Of a DNA stretch of 64,000 nt, positions 13,954 to 27,224 are shown piece after piece. Source of the DNA: Eledone cirrhosa (Eukaryota). The stretch lies in the NCBI GenBank assembly GCA_964016885.1, contig OZ024747.1, positions 78,802,001-78,866,000 of the forward strand. Direction: 5' to 3'. Every line of letters starts with the position of its first letter. Positions within the stretch are counted from its first letter, which is position 1. A program made the position numbers and the translations under genes. The notes under the pieces are model-generated. The model was not told the origin of the DNA and made no database searches. It was given only the letters and a program-made list of their open reading frames with translations.

Positions 13954-14462
13954 GGTGGGCGTTGGGTGAAAGCAGGGGGAGGGATGAGAAAGCAGGTGTG
14001 TGAAGCGGGGTGGAGTGAACGAAGGAGTGAGTGCGAAGGATAGGCAGAGACGGGGAAGGGAAAATGAAACAGAAAAACGTAAGGAGGGGAGAGTATACAC
14101 AGGAAAATTAAAGACAAAAAATCATAAAGGTAAAAACACAGGCAATCGTGAACAAAAAATCATAGAAATAAAATGGTAAAAACACAGGCAAAAAATCATA
14201 TCCGGAAATAAACAAGTACAGTAACAAAATCAAACAAAGGTAATGCGTGGAAGGAAAGAACAAGTGTGGGAAGGTGTGTAAAGTTCAGAGAGTGGTCACG
14301 GCGGATTAGATCGGGGTTGAGCCGGTAGTTAAGTTATATTCCAAAGGAATGGAAGGCGTGTGAGCGTGTATTATATATAATGGAAAATTTGAACAGGAAC
14401 AAAACAGAGGCAGTACAACGAATGTTTATTAATTTCACGCTCTTGAGAGTGGGGTGGTGGTG

Positions 14463-14503
14463 GGGAACGACGTTTCGGGCATAAGCCCTTCTTCAGGTGA
14501 AAA
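14463..14503 (-). ncRNA. Minimal hammerhead-like motif in the 5' pLTR
   Basis: Same core, ac-CUGAAGAAGGGCUUAUGCCCGAAACGUC-gu, with only a 2-bp helix I. Confidence 0.65.
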
Positions 14504-15602
14504 GTGTGTGGGAAGAGAGTTCAAAGGGTGTGTAGGGGAGTGGTGGAGAGACATATAGCAAAAAGGGGGTGGGAGGAAACGGTGCTAATGAAAATAAAAT
14601 ATATATATAAATGTATTAGTATCTGTGTATGTTTTGTATTGAAAATGTAACAGTGCTCTATTTTTATTTATGTTATCAAGTTTCTTTTCCTATTTTATGT
14701 AAATTCCTTGTAGTTATGTTGTTTGTTTTAAGAGTAAAGTTTCCTTCATTACATCTCAACCTCCAAGGTTTCATCATCTGGATTATAGTATAAAGGACTA
14801 AGGTGATTGCTGTTGACAGTCCTGGGATTTGAACTTTTTATGCTTAGATTTATACATCATTGATCAGGTGTTTGTGATTAGCATTGTATTGTGCCATGAA
14901 TATTACTTTCATCATTAATCATATATTTTTGTAGAGAATTCTCTGGAAGATAGATGTTGTTCACGGAAATGTTCATACTTAGTTTTTTTTTGTTTTGTTT
15001 TTCTTTTGTTTTTGTTTTGTTTTTCGTTTATTGTTTCTTAGTCTGTGATGTACTGCAGAGTAAGCATTAATTATTTTGAATGCATGGTAAACTGGCAAGA
15101 GATTGTCACTTTTATAGGGCCAATGCAACTGGAGTTGTGAAGTTTATAACTTTCTCATTTGCAATAAAATGTGCATATTTCATTGGTCACTAGATAAGAA
15201 AACATTAGTAAACAACACTTTATACCAAATTGCCCATAAAAGTAGACAATTAATGATAGAAGCAAAACTCATAATATAGCACATTGCTAAGATAAATACA
15301 CAGATAATCCACTAATCGCAAACAAAGATAGCTACCCAATTGATGGCGTATAAATATTATGGTAAAAGAATTCCTAATCTAGTGGTTATAGCCTTGCATA
15401 CTAGAAGAGGCAACAAAACACACCAATATCACTTTATCTAGAAGATGAGGCTGTGAAGATCTGGGAATGTTGATAATGAATTAAAAAACATCACTGTTTT
15501 AAACAGACTGCAAAAAATTCATGAAAAATATGAAGAGAGGAAATAGGTAAAAAATATTACACTAGAACACAGGCTCTTCCCTATATATATATATATATAT
15601 AT

Positions 15603-15805
15603 GATGATGATGGCTGCCCCCTCGTTATCAAGTATGGTCATTGAATGATATACCATTATTAATAATTATTACTTAATGCTATCGTGCAATGCCTGTGCGT
15701 GAAGATTTTTTTTAAAGTGAGGAAAAACTGTGCACTGAGCCAATCCCACTCTCTGAGCGACAGTAGCTATAACTCGAACAGAAGAGAAGATCACCATCAT
15801 CGGTA
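15603..15805 (-). mobile_element. Non-autonomous RTE-derived fragment between (TA)n runs
   Basis: gcaatgcctgtgcgtgaag...gccaatcccactctct matches 54395-54460. Confidence 0.5.
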
Positions 15806-15818
15806 AATATATATATAT

Positions 15819-15862
<44 letters not shown>

Positions 15863-15896
15863 TCATTTAACGTCCATGTTCCACACTAGCATGGGT

Positions 15897-15927
<31 letters not shown>

Positions 15928-16469
15928 TCATGTGCATGTGAGTGTGTAATTATCAAGTGAAATCAAGAAAACAAAAATGTGACAATCAATGAGAAATTGT
16001 GCTGTAAAAATAGTGTTATGAATGTCAGAGGAAAATTAAAAATTTTACATTGCTTGCAAATTAAATGATACTCGGTAATTTGAGTCATTAAACCATATTG
16101 AAATTCATCATCAGCCTAATCGCCATCATTAAAGATCAGCATCACCAACACTACTGACACCTTCATTATCTTCAACAAAAACTATCAGTTAATATAAACA
16201 ATAAACAAGAAAATTTCATCATGATTTTATAATAATTAACCTGAAAATATCCTTGATGAGTTTTTTAATGAAAGATAAAGGAAAGTGAAAAACAAGAAAA
16301 GGTAGGATAACAACAACAAAAGAGAAACTAAAGAGAAGGAAAGGAATATCGAAGGAGAAAAGGAAATAAAGAAAAAGAGGGGGAGGATGAAACAAATTTA
16401 AGATGAAAGAATTGAAATTTGACAGCCTGAGGTTTAGTACAAGGGAAAGAGAAAGTTGGGAATGAGGGA

Positions 16470-16842
16470 GATAGAGAGAGAGACAATGACAGGCATGCAG
16501 ACAGAGAGAAAGCAACAGACAAACAGAGAGAGGCATAGCAACAAGCAGAGAGAGGGAGATAGCAACAGACAGACAGAGAGAGAGATAGCAACAGAGACAG
16601 AGAGAGAGATAGCAACAGAGACAGAGATGGCAACAGAGAGAGAGAGAGAGACAGCAACAGACAAATAGAGAGAGAGACAGCAATGGAGAGAGAGACAGCA
16701 ATGGAGAGAGAGAGAGACAGCAATGGAGAGAGAGAGACAGCAACAGACAAATAGAGAGAGAGACAGCGACAGAGAGAGCAACAAAGAGACAGAGACAGCA
16801 ACAGAGAGAGAGAGACAGAGAGAGCAACAGAGAGAGAAAGAG
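16470..16842. repeat. Compound (AG)n/(AGAC)/(AGCAAC) purine-rich microsatellite
   Basis: Repeats of gagagagacagcaacaga and variants are directly visible. Confidence 0.9.
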
Positions 16843-17534
16843 ATAACTAGTTTTGCCCCAAGAGGATTTGCAGCAATAACAAGTGATGAGGCTAATTTAT
16901 ATTGCAATTAAGTCACTTAGATTGGGAGTAGATCAAACAAAATACATTGGATGAATGAGAAGATTCTATTGAACATGGATTAAGGAAATCTTTGCAATTC
17001 CAAACTTTGGTGAAACTTTTAATTATAATTATTCAGTAAACTGGTTAGATGTTCCCATCAGGGATTTCAAAGCCATACAAAATTGAATCCTTTAGTTATA
17101 TTTATGAAAAATAGTGCCCATTAATATTAAATAATTTTGAAAATAAGAGAGAATTCAGAGGTATTTAGTAATGTAACTAACTTTCTAATTATTAAGTTGA
17201 TATTTGGAGCATGATTTAGCCAACAATATTTACAGAGCTATTAATCCTTTTGATACCAAACAGCCTGAAACCTCACTTCTGGTGCTGTAATACAAAACTA
17301 TTTGTTTTTAAAGTGTTTATATTTATCTAAAAACCTTCCATTATAATTTTATGTAAAAACCTTTATTAAGTTATGCTCCAAACATTAGCTTAATAACTGG
17401 GGAAACTATAAAAGAAGAGCCAAAACTGTTTAAAAGTTAAAAAAAGAAATGAGCAGCATAAAAATGATAAAATTAACAGATTGTTATATATATATATATA
17501 TATATATATTTAAGTAAAAAGAAATTCAAACACA

Positions 17535-17710
17535 AACTGGCGCGAAAGTTGATGTGCTTATTCACGTGACTGCATCAACCAACCAAACTTCACTCATATA
17601 TGAAAAAACAACCTGAGCCCCCCTTTTTTTGAAGGCAAATATAATAAGAACTTTGTAACGCGAACTGGCGCGAAATTTATTATACTTATTCATCAACCAA
17701 CCAAATTACT
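17535..17710. promoter_or_regulatory. Candidate regulatory cluster: two E2F-type sites and one E-box
   Basis: aactGGCGCGAAA at 17539 and 17667 (reverse complement TTTCGCGCC) and CACGTG at 17563, in an otherwise CpG-poor background. Confidence 0.3.
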
Positions 17711-18719
17711 TCTCTAAAAACCTAGCATTTCGAGCCATTTTTTTCCATATAAAACAGAAGTAACATTCAAACACCAACCAGATGTGAGAAAAACCACAAC
17801 CCCTCCATCTCAATTCTACTTTTGAAAAGCAGAAGAACTGTGAAACCAGTAAAGGAACCAAATAAACATATATTTTCGATTTCATCTTTTTTCCTTATAC
17901 TTTCACTCGTGTATACACCTCGGTTTTTTTTCATTTTGTAAAAAAAAACCTCACTTTCTAATATATATATATACACACACATATGATGACCATCAACAAT
18001 ATCTATGACTATGATATAATATATATATATATATATCATGATGACCATCAACAATATCTATGACTATGATGATGTTAACAACACAAATAAGAAACAAAGT
18101 CATTTCAAATCTGATATTTGTCATTTAAGAATTAAAACTACTAAACTACTACAGCTGTTACTCATGGTCGTGTATGACTTGATAGTATGTACCATTCTTT
18201 CACAAGAGGTTTTAGGTGCCCATGCAGTTGGAACCAGACACACACACCTACTCGATCCTTCCTTCCTTGAACCAGTGGAAGATCCAGGAATGTGATAGTT
18301 GGAAAGAGAGAGGGCTGCACCAGCACTGGAATGTTACTTTCTTTATCAACCCTGAAAGGATGAAAGGCAAAGTAGACCTCGGCAGGATTTGAACTCAGAA
18401 CACAGAGACCTGGAACAAATATCCAATGATGCAAAACCAACTTATGGAGAATTATTGTATGATTATTATCAATTACATTTGAAAAAAAAAAACATTGCAA
18501 TATAATTCTAGCAAGCACTAAAGTGTACTTCTATGCTGAAGCATTTGCTTGTGAAACAGGAGCCTTTGAGATATTTTTGTTTTTATTACTGTACCTAGTT
18601 CATATTAAGTCAATTTAAATTTGTCATTAATGTAGATCAATTGACATACCAAAGTTACATCAGAAGCTATCATATTTCTCAGAAGTGTAGTATTTATACA
18701 ATATGATAGGTATAACTTT

Positions 18720-19050
18720 GGCTGTGTGGTTAATAAGCTAGTTACACAATCACATGGTTTGGGGTTTGATCCCATCGCATGGCAACTTGAGCAAGAGCCC
18801 TTTTACTGTAGTTTTAGCTTCAACAATGATTTACCAGTGTAATCTGAGAGACAGAAATTGGAGGGAAGTGTGTGTGCTGGTACAAGCTGGTCTGTTGAAT
18901 TGGTACCCTATATGCCAAATAGGTAATTTAGCCAACCAATAAAATGAGTAGCAGACTGAGATAAGTACTGGGGTTGATACAATCAACTAAAAACACTTGA
19001 AAGTTGTGGATGACTGAACCTGGCCACAGTCCAATGACAAACCAGTAAAA
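18720..19050 (+). mobile_element. Degenerate tRNA-derived SINE, family B
   Basis: ggctgtgtggttaa (A box), ggtttgatccc (B box), CORE-like aacttgagcaag, and a tail tggccacagtccaatgac...agtaaaaga resembling the CR1 3' end at 48900-48960. Confidence 0.55.
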
Positions 19051-21054
19051 GAAAAAAAAAAAAAGAATATTTAAAGAATATCAGTCAATATTCATTTTCA
19101 GCAAAATATTATTTATTAACTCTACTACAATATTTCAGACAATTTATGATTCATTCACAGCAAAACATCAAATACTGTACATAACTATATAATCAACAGT
19201 AGCTCACTGATGAGGTCTTAATCTTGCTATCATACTAATGTTTTTGTCATCACACTATCAATAAAATCATTATCAGAACTAACAATAAAAGTTTCTCTTT
19301 GTTAACCTCTGAAAAGTATCTGTCTAATGAATATTCCATTGAATATTATTGTCCTATTATTTAAGTATTTCTACCCTATTATTCAAAATTACGTTTTCTC
19401 ATTATCTACTGTTTTATGCTGCACCCTCCACCACATTTCTTGTACAGTACACAACCACATTACGTCTAGCCATGTTCTTAGGTGAAGGTCGGTCATTTAT
19501 ACTGGGAAAACTTTGGTATAAATCATTTCAAATATGATTTCATGGCCACAATCAACAGTACTTCTAAAGTACACAGCATTAGTGTTTATTTCTGTGAAAT
19601 TCTATTTATATATTTATCAAACAAAAATGTTTTAGTTCAGTACAACTGACATTGGTTTCTGGTTGTTTGATATCAAAAGGTTTTTTAAAAAGACGTATTT
19701 CATCTTTGAAGGTCAATTGTTAAAGAATTTATAATAGAGACAATTACATTACTATTTGATGATAAATTTATTCTGAGTCTATACAGGTATGCCAGCTTTT
19801 AGAATAGGTACACCATAACTCTGTGTTGTAAAGGGTAACTAAAAGGGTTGGTTCCAGGAAAAGAATCCAGCTGTAAAACAACATTGTCTTAAAATATCCT
19901 GTCCAACCATGCCAGTATAGAAAAGTGGACGTAAAAACATTGATGATGATGATGATACTGAATTTTCTTTCTTTTAGATAAAAAAATCCTTGGTTTGTTT
20001 ATTGCAATAGCAAATTCTAATCAGTGAATGAACTCCTATGAATTCAATACTGTCGCTTCACTGTAATGTGGTTTGTGGCACAGACCATTCTCTCACATAT
20101 TTTTCATTCACAAAGATTAAGAAAACCACCTGTTCTTTCTTGAACAATGCAATTAAGAAGTTTAAAATCAAATTTAGATTTGTTTGATCTATGGAGATGC
20201 TGAGTCAGATGTTGAAATACAACCATAAGTATTGCATTTCTATTATAACTTAATCTGTACCAATAAACAACTGACACTACTTTTCATTTCCATTGTTGAT
20301 TGGTTAGAGTTAGAAGGAACATTTTACAGCAAAAGTGTGTGTTTCAAAAATTCCTTGCATAATTTGAAGAATACTAACATCCTAACTGATACACCAGATA
20401 TTCTTCCATAAGGTGTCTAGTATATGTGATATTCATTCATAGAAACCTATGGAAATTTATGAAGCATTTCAGCACCTTTCTTTTTAAGCACTGGAATAAT
20501 CAAGCGAAAGTTCCTTGATGGTTGTTTTGCAGTTTATAATTACAAAACCACTCATGTTACTGGCTCCTTCTGAGATGAATGAGTTCAACAGAGTATCCTG
20601 GCCTTTATTCAGGTGAAAGAGAAGAAGAAAAGATAAACCAAAACAAAAGTTTAGCTTTCAATAACTGAAGCTGAAAATTCTACATTTTTTTAGATAAGTA
20701 CAGAAAACAAATTGGGCTGAATCATTTGGCTACAAATCAAAATAAAAATGTTCTTGCTTCTAGCTAAAACAACAACTCTATCAGTCACAGTAACAGCAAT
20801 GGCACCCATACAGAATATTTTCAATGATGAATGATAGTTTCAAAATACATATATACCCGGGAGTTGCAAATTGATACATAAATTGCATTTCAGATAACCA
20901 ATGATATTATGTGCATTTAATCAAGTTATAACTGTCAGAAAAAATACTGAATTTCAAAGAGAAAGAATTTAAAGAAAAAAAAATTAAAGAGAATAATGTT
21001 TAAGAAATATAAATTTCGGTCTAAAAAGTTTTATGTAAGAATGAAGAACAGATT

Positions 21055-21297
21055 TTAACCCTTTTGATACCAGCCTGCCCAAAACTGCCTCTGGCTCTAT
21101 GAAACAAAACAATCCATTTTAAAAGGTTATCATTTAAATTGAAATCTTCCAATTTAATTTGATATAAGAATCTTTTGTTAAATTGTATTACAAATAACAT
21201 TTCAATAATGAAATAATTATTTTAGTAAATACCACCAAACTTTTCATTAATTCAAATACAGTGTATTTCATTATAAATATGGTAATAAAAGGGTTAA
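21055..21297 (+). mobile_element. TTAA-flanked MITE
   Basis: ttaaCCCTTTTGATACC...GGTAATAAAAGGGttaa forms ~13-bp imperfect terminal inverted repeats (TIRs) with TTAA on both sides. Confidence 0.7.
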
Positions 21298-22070
21298 AAC
21301 ATTCTAAAGAATGCTTTCTTGAAAGGTATTGTCTAAGGAAGTAAAATTAAAGAAAGCAAACTCTGCAGGCTTTAAATGAATAAATAAACAAACAATGATG
21401 GCACTAGTAAAGAGAATATTTGATAAGTTCTTCCCAGCAGTTATGCTAATATAACATAATTACCAAGACAGTAGCACCTACAGTTGTTCTTGTTGATATT
21501 ATTGTAGTTGGTGATGGTAGTGGTGACTGTCATAGTGGTGGTGGGTAAATTCAATTCCAGTTTCCAGCAATGATTCCATTTTGTCTGTGCTGCTCATTAC
21601 TGCAGTGTAGCCAAGCTACCATAATAGCAGTTGGCTAAGTTAATTATTCAGACATTAAATCTCTAATTAAAGCTTTGTATTACTCAGGTGAGACCTACTT
21701 AGTAATAGACAACATTGTGTATGTTTTGTTTCATTCATTTCACTTATTTATTTTGCTTTTTCACTGGTAACTTTACATTTTTGTTTTATTAGTAGTTTGA
21801 ATAGTTCTGTAAATTTGAACATTTGTTGTACCTAAATTGCTGGAGTAGGTATTTTAAAACCTAATGTACTTTACTAAATCAATCATTCAACTGTAAAACA
21901 GGAGAAACACTTAGTTCTTTCTCTGAAAAAAAAGTGGAAAGAGGTGGTGGAGTAAAATGCTATACTTTAAAATGTGTGTATATATCTATATATATATATG
22001 CAAAAGGTTCAGTAAGTCCGAAGAAAACTGGTGAGAATACCAAGGTCAGCACTCGATGCAGTGCAGAGTG

Positions 22071-22292
22071 TATATAATAAGAACAAAGTGGAGGTGTTAC
22101 ATAGGAGATTTATTGCTCAATCCCAGTTACAAATGTTTCTCACAAATGTGTTAACATTGCTCTGAGGATCAGGTAGACTTAGAGTTTGGTCTGGAGTGCC
22201 ATCCCAGATCACAAGCCGGAAGCTTGAGAAACATTTGTAACCAGGTTGATCAGTAAATCTATGTAACATCTCCACTTTGTTTTTATTATATA
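22071..22292. mobile_element. Fold-back element (~70-bp inverted arms) with a degenerate hammerhead core; probable inverted PLE pLTR remnant in (TA)n
   Basis: 22071-22142 is an imperfect reverse complement of 22226-22292. The + strand has CUGAGGA (22162)...GAAACAUUUGUA (22228). Confidence 0.55.
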
Positions 22293-23239
22293 TATATATA
22301 TATATGAAATGCTCTGCTGTGTATTCCAGTTTTTAAAATAGGTATATCATATCCCTATGTTTCGTAAGATGTAACTAAAAGGAAGGGCCTCTGTCTGGCT
22401 GTAAAACTTTGTTTCAAACCATCTTAACCAACCCATGCCAACATAGAAAAATGGATGTAAAAATGATAATGTTGATGAATGAAGTTGATATAAATGGAGA
22501 AAATGTATGTAATTAAAATCAAAGGAAATTGTAGAAATTAAACTTTGTTTTCCTATATTACTGAACGTAAATGCTTCAAAATAAATTGTGCACCACCTCT
22601 AATGCAAAAAAAGTTTTTGGATTTCTTTGCTTTGATTATCATTCACATATGGAAGATAGTGAACATATTCTTAATATTTCAATATGGAAAAAAAAAAAAA
22701 AAAAAAAAAAAATCACAACAAAAAATGAAACGGGGCCACGCTTCAAATGTCAAGGGCTATTTAATTTAACATAATTAAAGGGTAACTCCAATTAATGCAT
22801 TTATGGAGTAATTATGCAATACATGTCTGATCTATCTTCATGTAATAATCATCTTCACTGTTTAATGTCTATTTTCCATACTTACATGGGTTAGACTGGT
22901 CAAGTGACTGTTTTACTCATATGCTATATTTTTTGCTTGGTTTCTACAGCTGGATGTTCTTCCTGTCAACTACTTTACAGCATGTACTGGGAGCATTTTA
23001 TTGTGACACCTGGACTACCAGCCTAACAGAATAGGCTGGGTGCTTTTTGTTGTGGCACCAGCACTATCACTTTACAAATACTTTGTGATATTTATCCCAG
23101 TTCGCAATGCTCTGTGTTCAAATCCCACTGTGATCACCTTTGCCTTTCATTCTCTTCAGGTTCATGCACATTTTTCAATCTCTTTCTCCAGAAGAAATTG
23201 ACTGTGTTCAGACTTGGAAATGACTGAGCTGTGCCAGGT

Positions 23240-23388
23240 TTAACCTTTTTGATAATAAACCTTCCATCATAACTTTAATGTAAAACCCTAACACCAGCTT
23301 AATCAGTCCACATTCTTGATTATTTCTAAAATGAACTGAAAATCATAGCCAGTGTCTTTCATTAGAAACATGGTAACAGAAGGGTTAA
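23240..23388 (+). mobile_element. TTAA-flanked MITE (internally deleted)
   Basis: ttaacctttttgat...ggtaacagaagggttaa with the family's internal motifs. Confidence 0.6.
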
Positions 23389-24054
23389 ATGTCATGAAAG
23401 CACCTCTACTATTTCATTAGAAACTAAAGGCCCATGGAGATTGGTACTTATTTTATTGATTTTGGATAACAGAGTTAAAGTCAATTCCAGCAGTTACCCC
23501 ACAGCTTTTCAATTGTTCAATTTTAATTAGCAATCAGTGAGCTGTCATTCCATTTTTTAAGTCCTCCTTTGGATTCAAATGTTATTCAAATAAATGTGAA
23601 ACTTTCTAAACATGACTATTATATGTGTTTTGGGGAAAGGTCCTAGAATTTAAGACAAGTTTTAAAAGCCTTTTGAGCAGCTTGAATAAACATCAAGATA
23701 TCTTATTTAGTTTGACATAATGACAGAAGGGCATTAGCATTTGAAAATATTCAAGACTATTAAATAATATGTTGGGGTTTTTTGGTTGTTTTTTTCACAA
23801 CTTTTTTATATCTTGTATATTTTAATGTTCACTCCCAAATGTTTCCAGTTTTGAAATATGCAAAATTCTCATTGAAATAAGAAACTTATATTTTTATTCC
23901 ATACATAAACATTGTTAGATTAAATATCCATGTCTGAAATTCTTGTGATAAGGAATATTTTAGTGTAACACTAGCCAAAATATCACATTCTGCTATAAAC
24001 AAAATACATCCTACTGCATTCAAACAAATACAGAGGGTATAAATATGTATGTGT

Positions 24055-25263
24055 ACACCATCATATACACCTGCCTGACAAGGTAACATGGATGAGGACA
24101 CCATCATACACATCTGCCTGACAAGGTAACATGGATGAGGACACCATCATACACACCTGCCTGGCAAGGTAACATGGATGAGGACACCATCATACACATC
24201 TGCCTGGCAAGGTAACATGGATGAGGACACCATCATACACATCTGCCTGGCAAGATAACATGGATGAGGACACCATCATACACATCTGTCTGACAAGGTA
24301 ACATGGATGAGGACACCATCATACACATCTGCCTGGCAAGGTAACATGGATGAGGACACCATCATACACATCTGCCTGGCAAGATAACATGGATGAGGAC
24401 ACCATCATACACATCTGTCTGACAAGGTAACATGGATGAGGACACCATCATACACATCTGCCTGGCAAGGTAACATGGATGAGGACACCATCATACACAT
24501 CTGCCTGGCAAGATAACATGGATGAGGACACCATCATACACACCTGCCTGGCAAGGTAACATGGATGAGGACACCATCATACACACCTGCCTGGCAAGAT
24601 AACATGGATGAGGACACCATCATACACATCTGTCTGACAAGGTAACATGGATGAGGACACCATCATACACATCTGCCTGGCAAGGTAACATGGATGAGGA
24701 CACCATCATACACATCTGCCTGGCAAGATAACATGGATGAGGACACCATCATACACACCTGCCTGGCAAGGTAACATGGATGAGGACACCATCATACACA
24801 CCTGCCTGGCAAGATAACATGGATGAGGACACCATCATACACACCTGCCTGGCAAGGTAACATGGATGAGGACACCATCATACACACCTGCCTGGCAAGA
24901 TAACATGGATGAGGACACCATCATACACATCTGCCTGGCAAGGTAACATGGATGAGGACACCATCATACACATCTGCCTGGCAAGATAACATGGATGAGG
25001 ACACCATCATACACATCTGCCTGGCAAGGTAACATGGATGAGGACACCATCATACACATCTGCCTGGCAAGGTAACATGGATGAGGACACCATCATACAC
25101 ACCTGCCTGGCAAGGTAACATGGATGAGGACACCATCATACACACCTGCCTGGCAAGGTAACATGGATGAGGACACCATCATACACATCTGTCTGACAAG
25201 GTAACATGGATGAGGACACCATCATACACATCTGCCTGGCAAGGTAACATGGATGAGGACACC
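24055..25263. repeat. 43-bp minisatellite, 28 copies
   Basis: Unit acaccatcatacacatctgcctggcaaggtaacatggatgagg, with variation at only a few positions and no unique spacers. Confidence 0.97.
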
Positions 25264-25311
25264 AAAATGTAATCACCACCACCTCTATCATCAGTTTACT
25301 ACTAGCATTTT

Positions 25312-25536
25312 TTAACCCTTTCTAATGAAAAGAACTTAGAAATTAAAAAAATCTGAAGGGATTAAGCAATATAGCCACTTTTTCATAATTAAGTTGATGT
25401 TCGGAGCATAACTTAAAGGTTCTTCCATCAAATTATTATGGGAGGTTTTTAGATAAATATAAATACTTTTAAAACAAACAGATTTGTTTAACAGAATGAG
25501 AGACAGTTTCAGATGGCTTGGTATCAAAAGGGTTAA
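25312..25536 (-). mobile_element. TTAA-flanked MITE
   Basis: ttaacccttt...ggtatcaaaagggttaa; the interior is the reverse complement of the family. Confidence 0.65.
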
Positions 25537-26354
25537 ACCAACTTGATATGCTTGACAAACATCTTAAAGATGCTAATTTCATGAAATGCAGATACAGAAG
25601 AAAATGATAATTTGCATTCAATAATTATAATGATAGCAATAGCAATGATGGTAGTGACAGCAATTTTCAAACAAGCACTATGACAACAGACACTGCAAAG
25701 ATAGGGTCACATTTCAATTGTTAATTATGAAGACAACTTGTCAAGCACTATAGTTAGAAATATTAATATTGGATATTGACCCCGGTTCTCATAGTTCAGT
25801 ACAATCCAGGAAAATATATGTAAGTTGAACCTTAAAAGCTGAAAGATAACAAGGAAAGTTGATGCTTAAAATGTAATAATAATATTTTAAAAAATCTAAG
25901 GAATTACATCATATGGTTATTTACTACAGGGGAAGGTTTTCAGATATCCATACTTTAACTATTAACATCCTGTAATGAATAGTAGGATATGTCTTAAAAA
26001 CAGATTTAATAAGTTGAATGTTTATAATATTTTTACTAGTGGACGGATTGTGAAAAATGTGCGGCATTAGAGTTAAGACATTAATTTTTAATGTGATGCA
26101 GTGATAATGTTTTGTACTTTGCAGGAGTGCCTTCCTAAATCAGTTTCATGCAAAACTTTATATGTTTTTCTTACAAGGATGGACAAGTCTGCAGCTCAAC
26201 ATCTATCCATGTCTTAATCTTTCCCCAAGTCATCACATATATGAAGCCCAGTGTTCTCAAATTTAACCTTTTTATCACAATATTTCCAACGAAAGACATT
26301 GCCCATAATTTGCTATCAAGAATTTATGCGAAATGTACCAAGTATACCATATAA

Positions 26355-26740
26355 AGTATTTGATGATAGGAAGGGCATCTTGCTGTAGAAACCATGTCAA
26401 AAATGTTGAGAAGACCCTTTAGTTGCATAAACGGTACAACAACCTCACTAGTGGTGATCTACATGATAAATGAACCCAGTACACACTGTAAAGTGATCAG
26501 TGATAGGAACAGGCATCCAGCTGCAAAAAGCGTGCCAGAAGAGGCTGGGAGGCCCCTTCAGTTGTGTCAAAGACATGACAGCCTCCCTAGTGCTAGTGCC
26601 ATGATAAAATGTATATAAGTGAGATACAGACCTCTAGCCTGTCTGGGAGTTCAGTAGACTCTCTTCTGTACAGACTCGGTCTGTGTTAATCTGTCCAACT
26701 CTTGCTAGTAGAGAAAGTGAATGTATGATGATGATGATGA
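26355..26740 (+). mobile_element. Degenerate RTE 3' UTR-related element with (GAT)n tail
   Basis: aggaagggcatc..gctgtagaa, cccagtacacactgtaaagtg, ccaac..ttgctagta, ending gatgatgatga. Confidence 0.55.
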
Positions 26741-27224
26741 ATTTGGAGGGATCTAGTAATATAATTAAATTTCTCATTGTTCATCTGGTCTTAAGGTTCT
26801 TGCATAAAATGTTAAGGGAAGATTGTTAAATACATATAAACATTTAAAATAAACAATTTTTGTAACATAGAACTAGAAGCATTTTAAGGTAGTTTGGTAT
26901 TAAAAAGGTCAATCTAATCCTACCCTCTCTTAAATTAATTCTATGTCACCTACATAACAGAATACTGCTATAACTTTCACTAAGTCATCCAAGTATAGAC
27001 TTTAGCTGAACAAGTAGTTTGTTCTTTGTCAGGTATTTCTTTTACCATCACTAATTAAACTAAATCAAGTCTACACATTCATTACTACTCTAAATATACT
27101 AACAAATCACTTTTCACATTAACATTTAAAGTCTCAACCCAATGAAGAAGCCTTTAGATAGCCCCTCAATCTGCTAGAAATGGCAGCCAGATTTCTCTAG
27201 TAAGCTGGTGTTGAGAGTATACCC

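Larger units (their letters stand above)
10197..14600 (-). mobile_element. Penelope-like retroelement (Neptune-type) with direct terminal pLTRs, inserted in (TA)n
   Basis: Direct repeats of ~225 bp at 10197-10425 and 14372-14600 flank a frameshifted RT + GIY-YIG ORF. Both ends abut TA runs. Confidence 0.9.

Noticed and set aside
16219-16911. Leu/Ser/Cys-rich 'membrane protein' ORFs
   Set aside because: Translation of CT/AG microsatellite.
20532-20611. Possible + strand exon (ttttgcag...CAG|gtgaaa)
   Set aside because: Weak donor, short frame, no recognisable homology and no partner exons.
24055-25263. Possible CRISPR array
   Set aside because: Units are contiguous with no unique spacers, there are no cas genes, and the context is eukaryotic.
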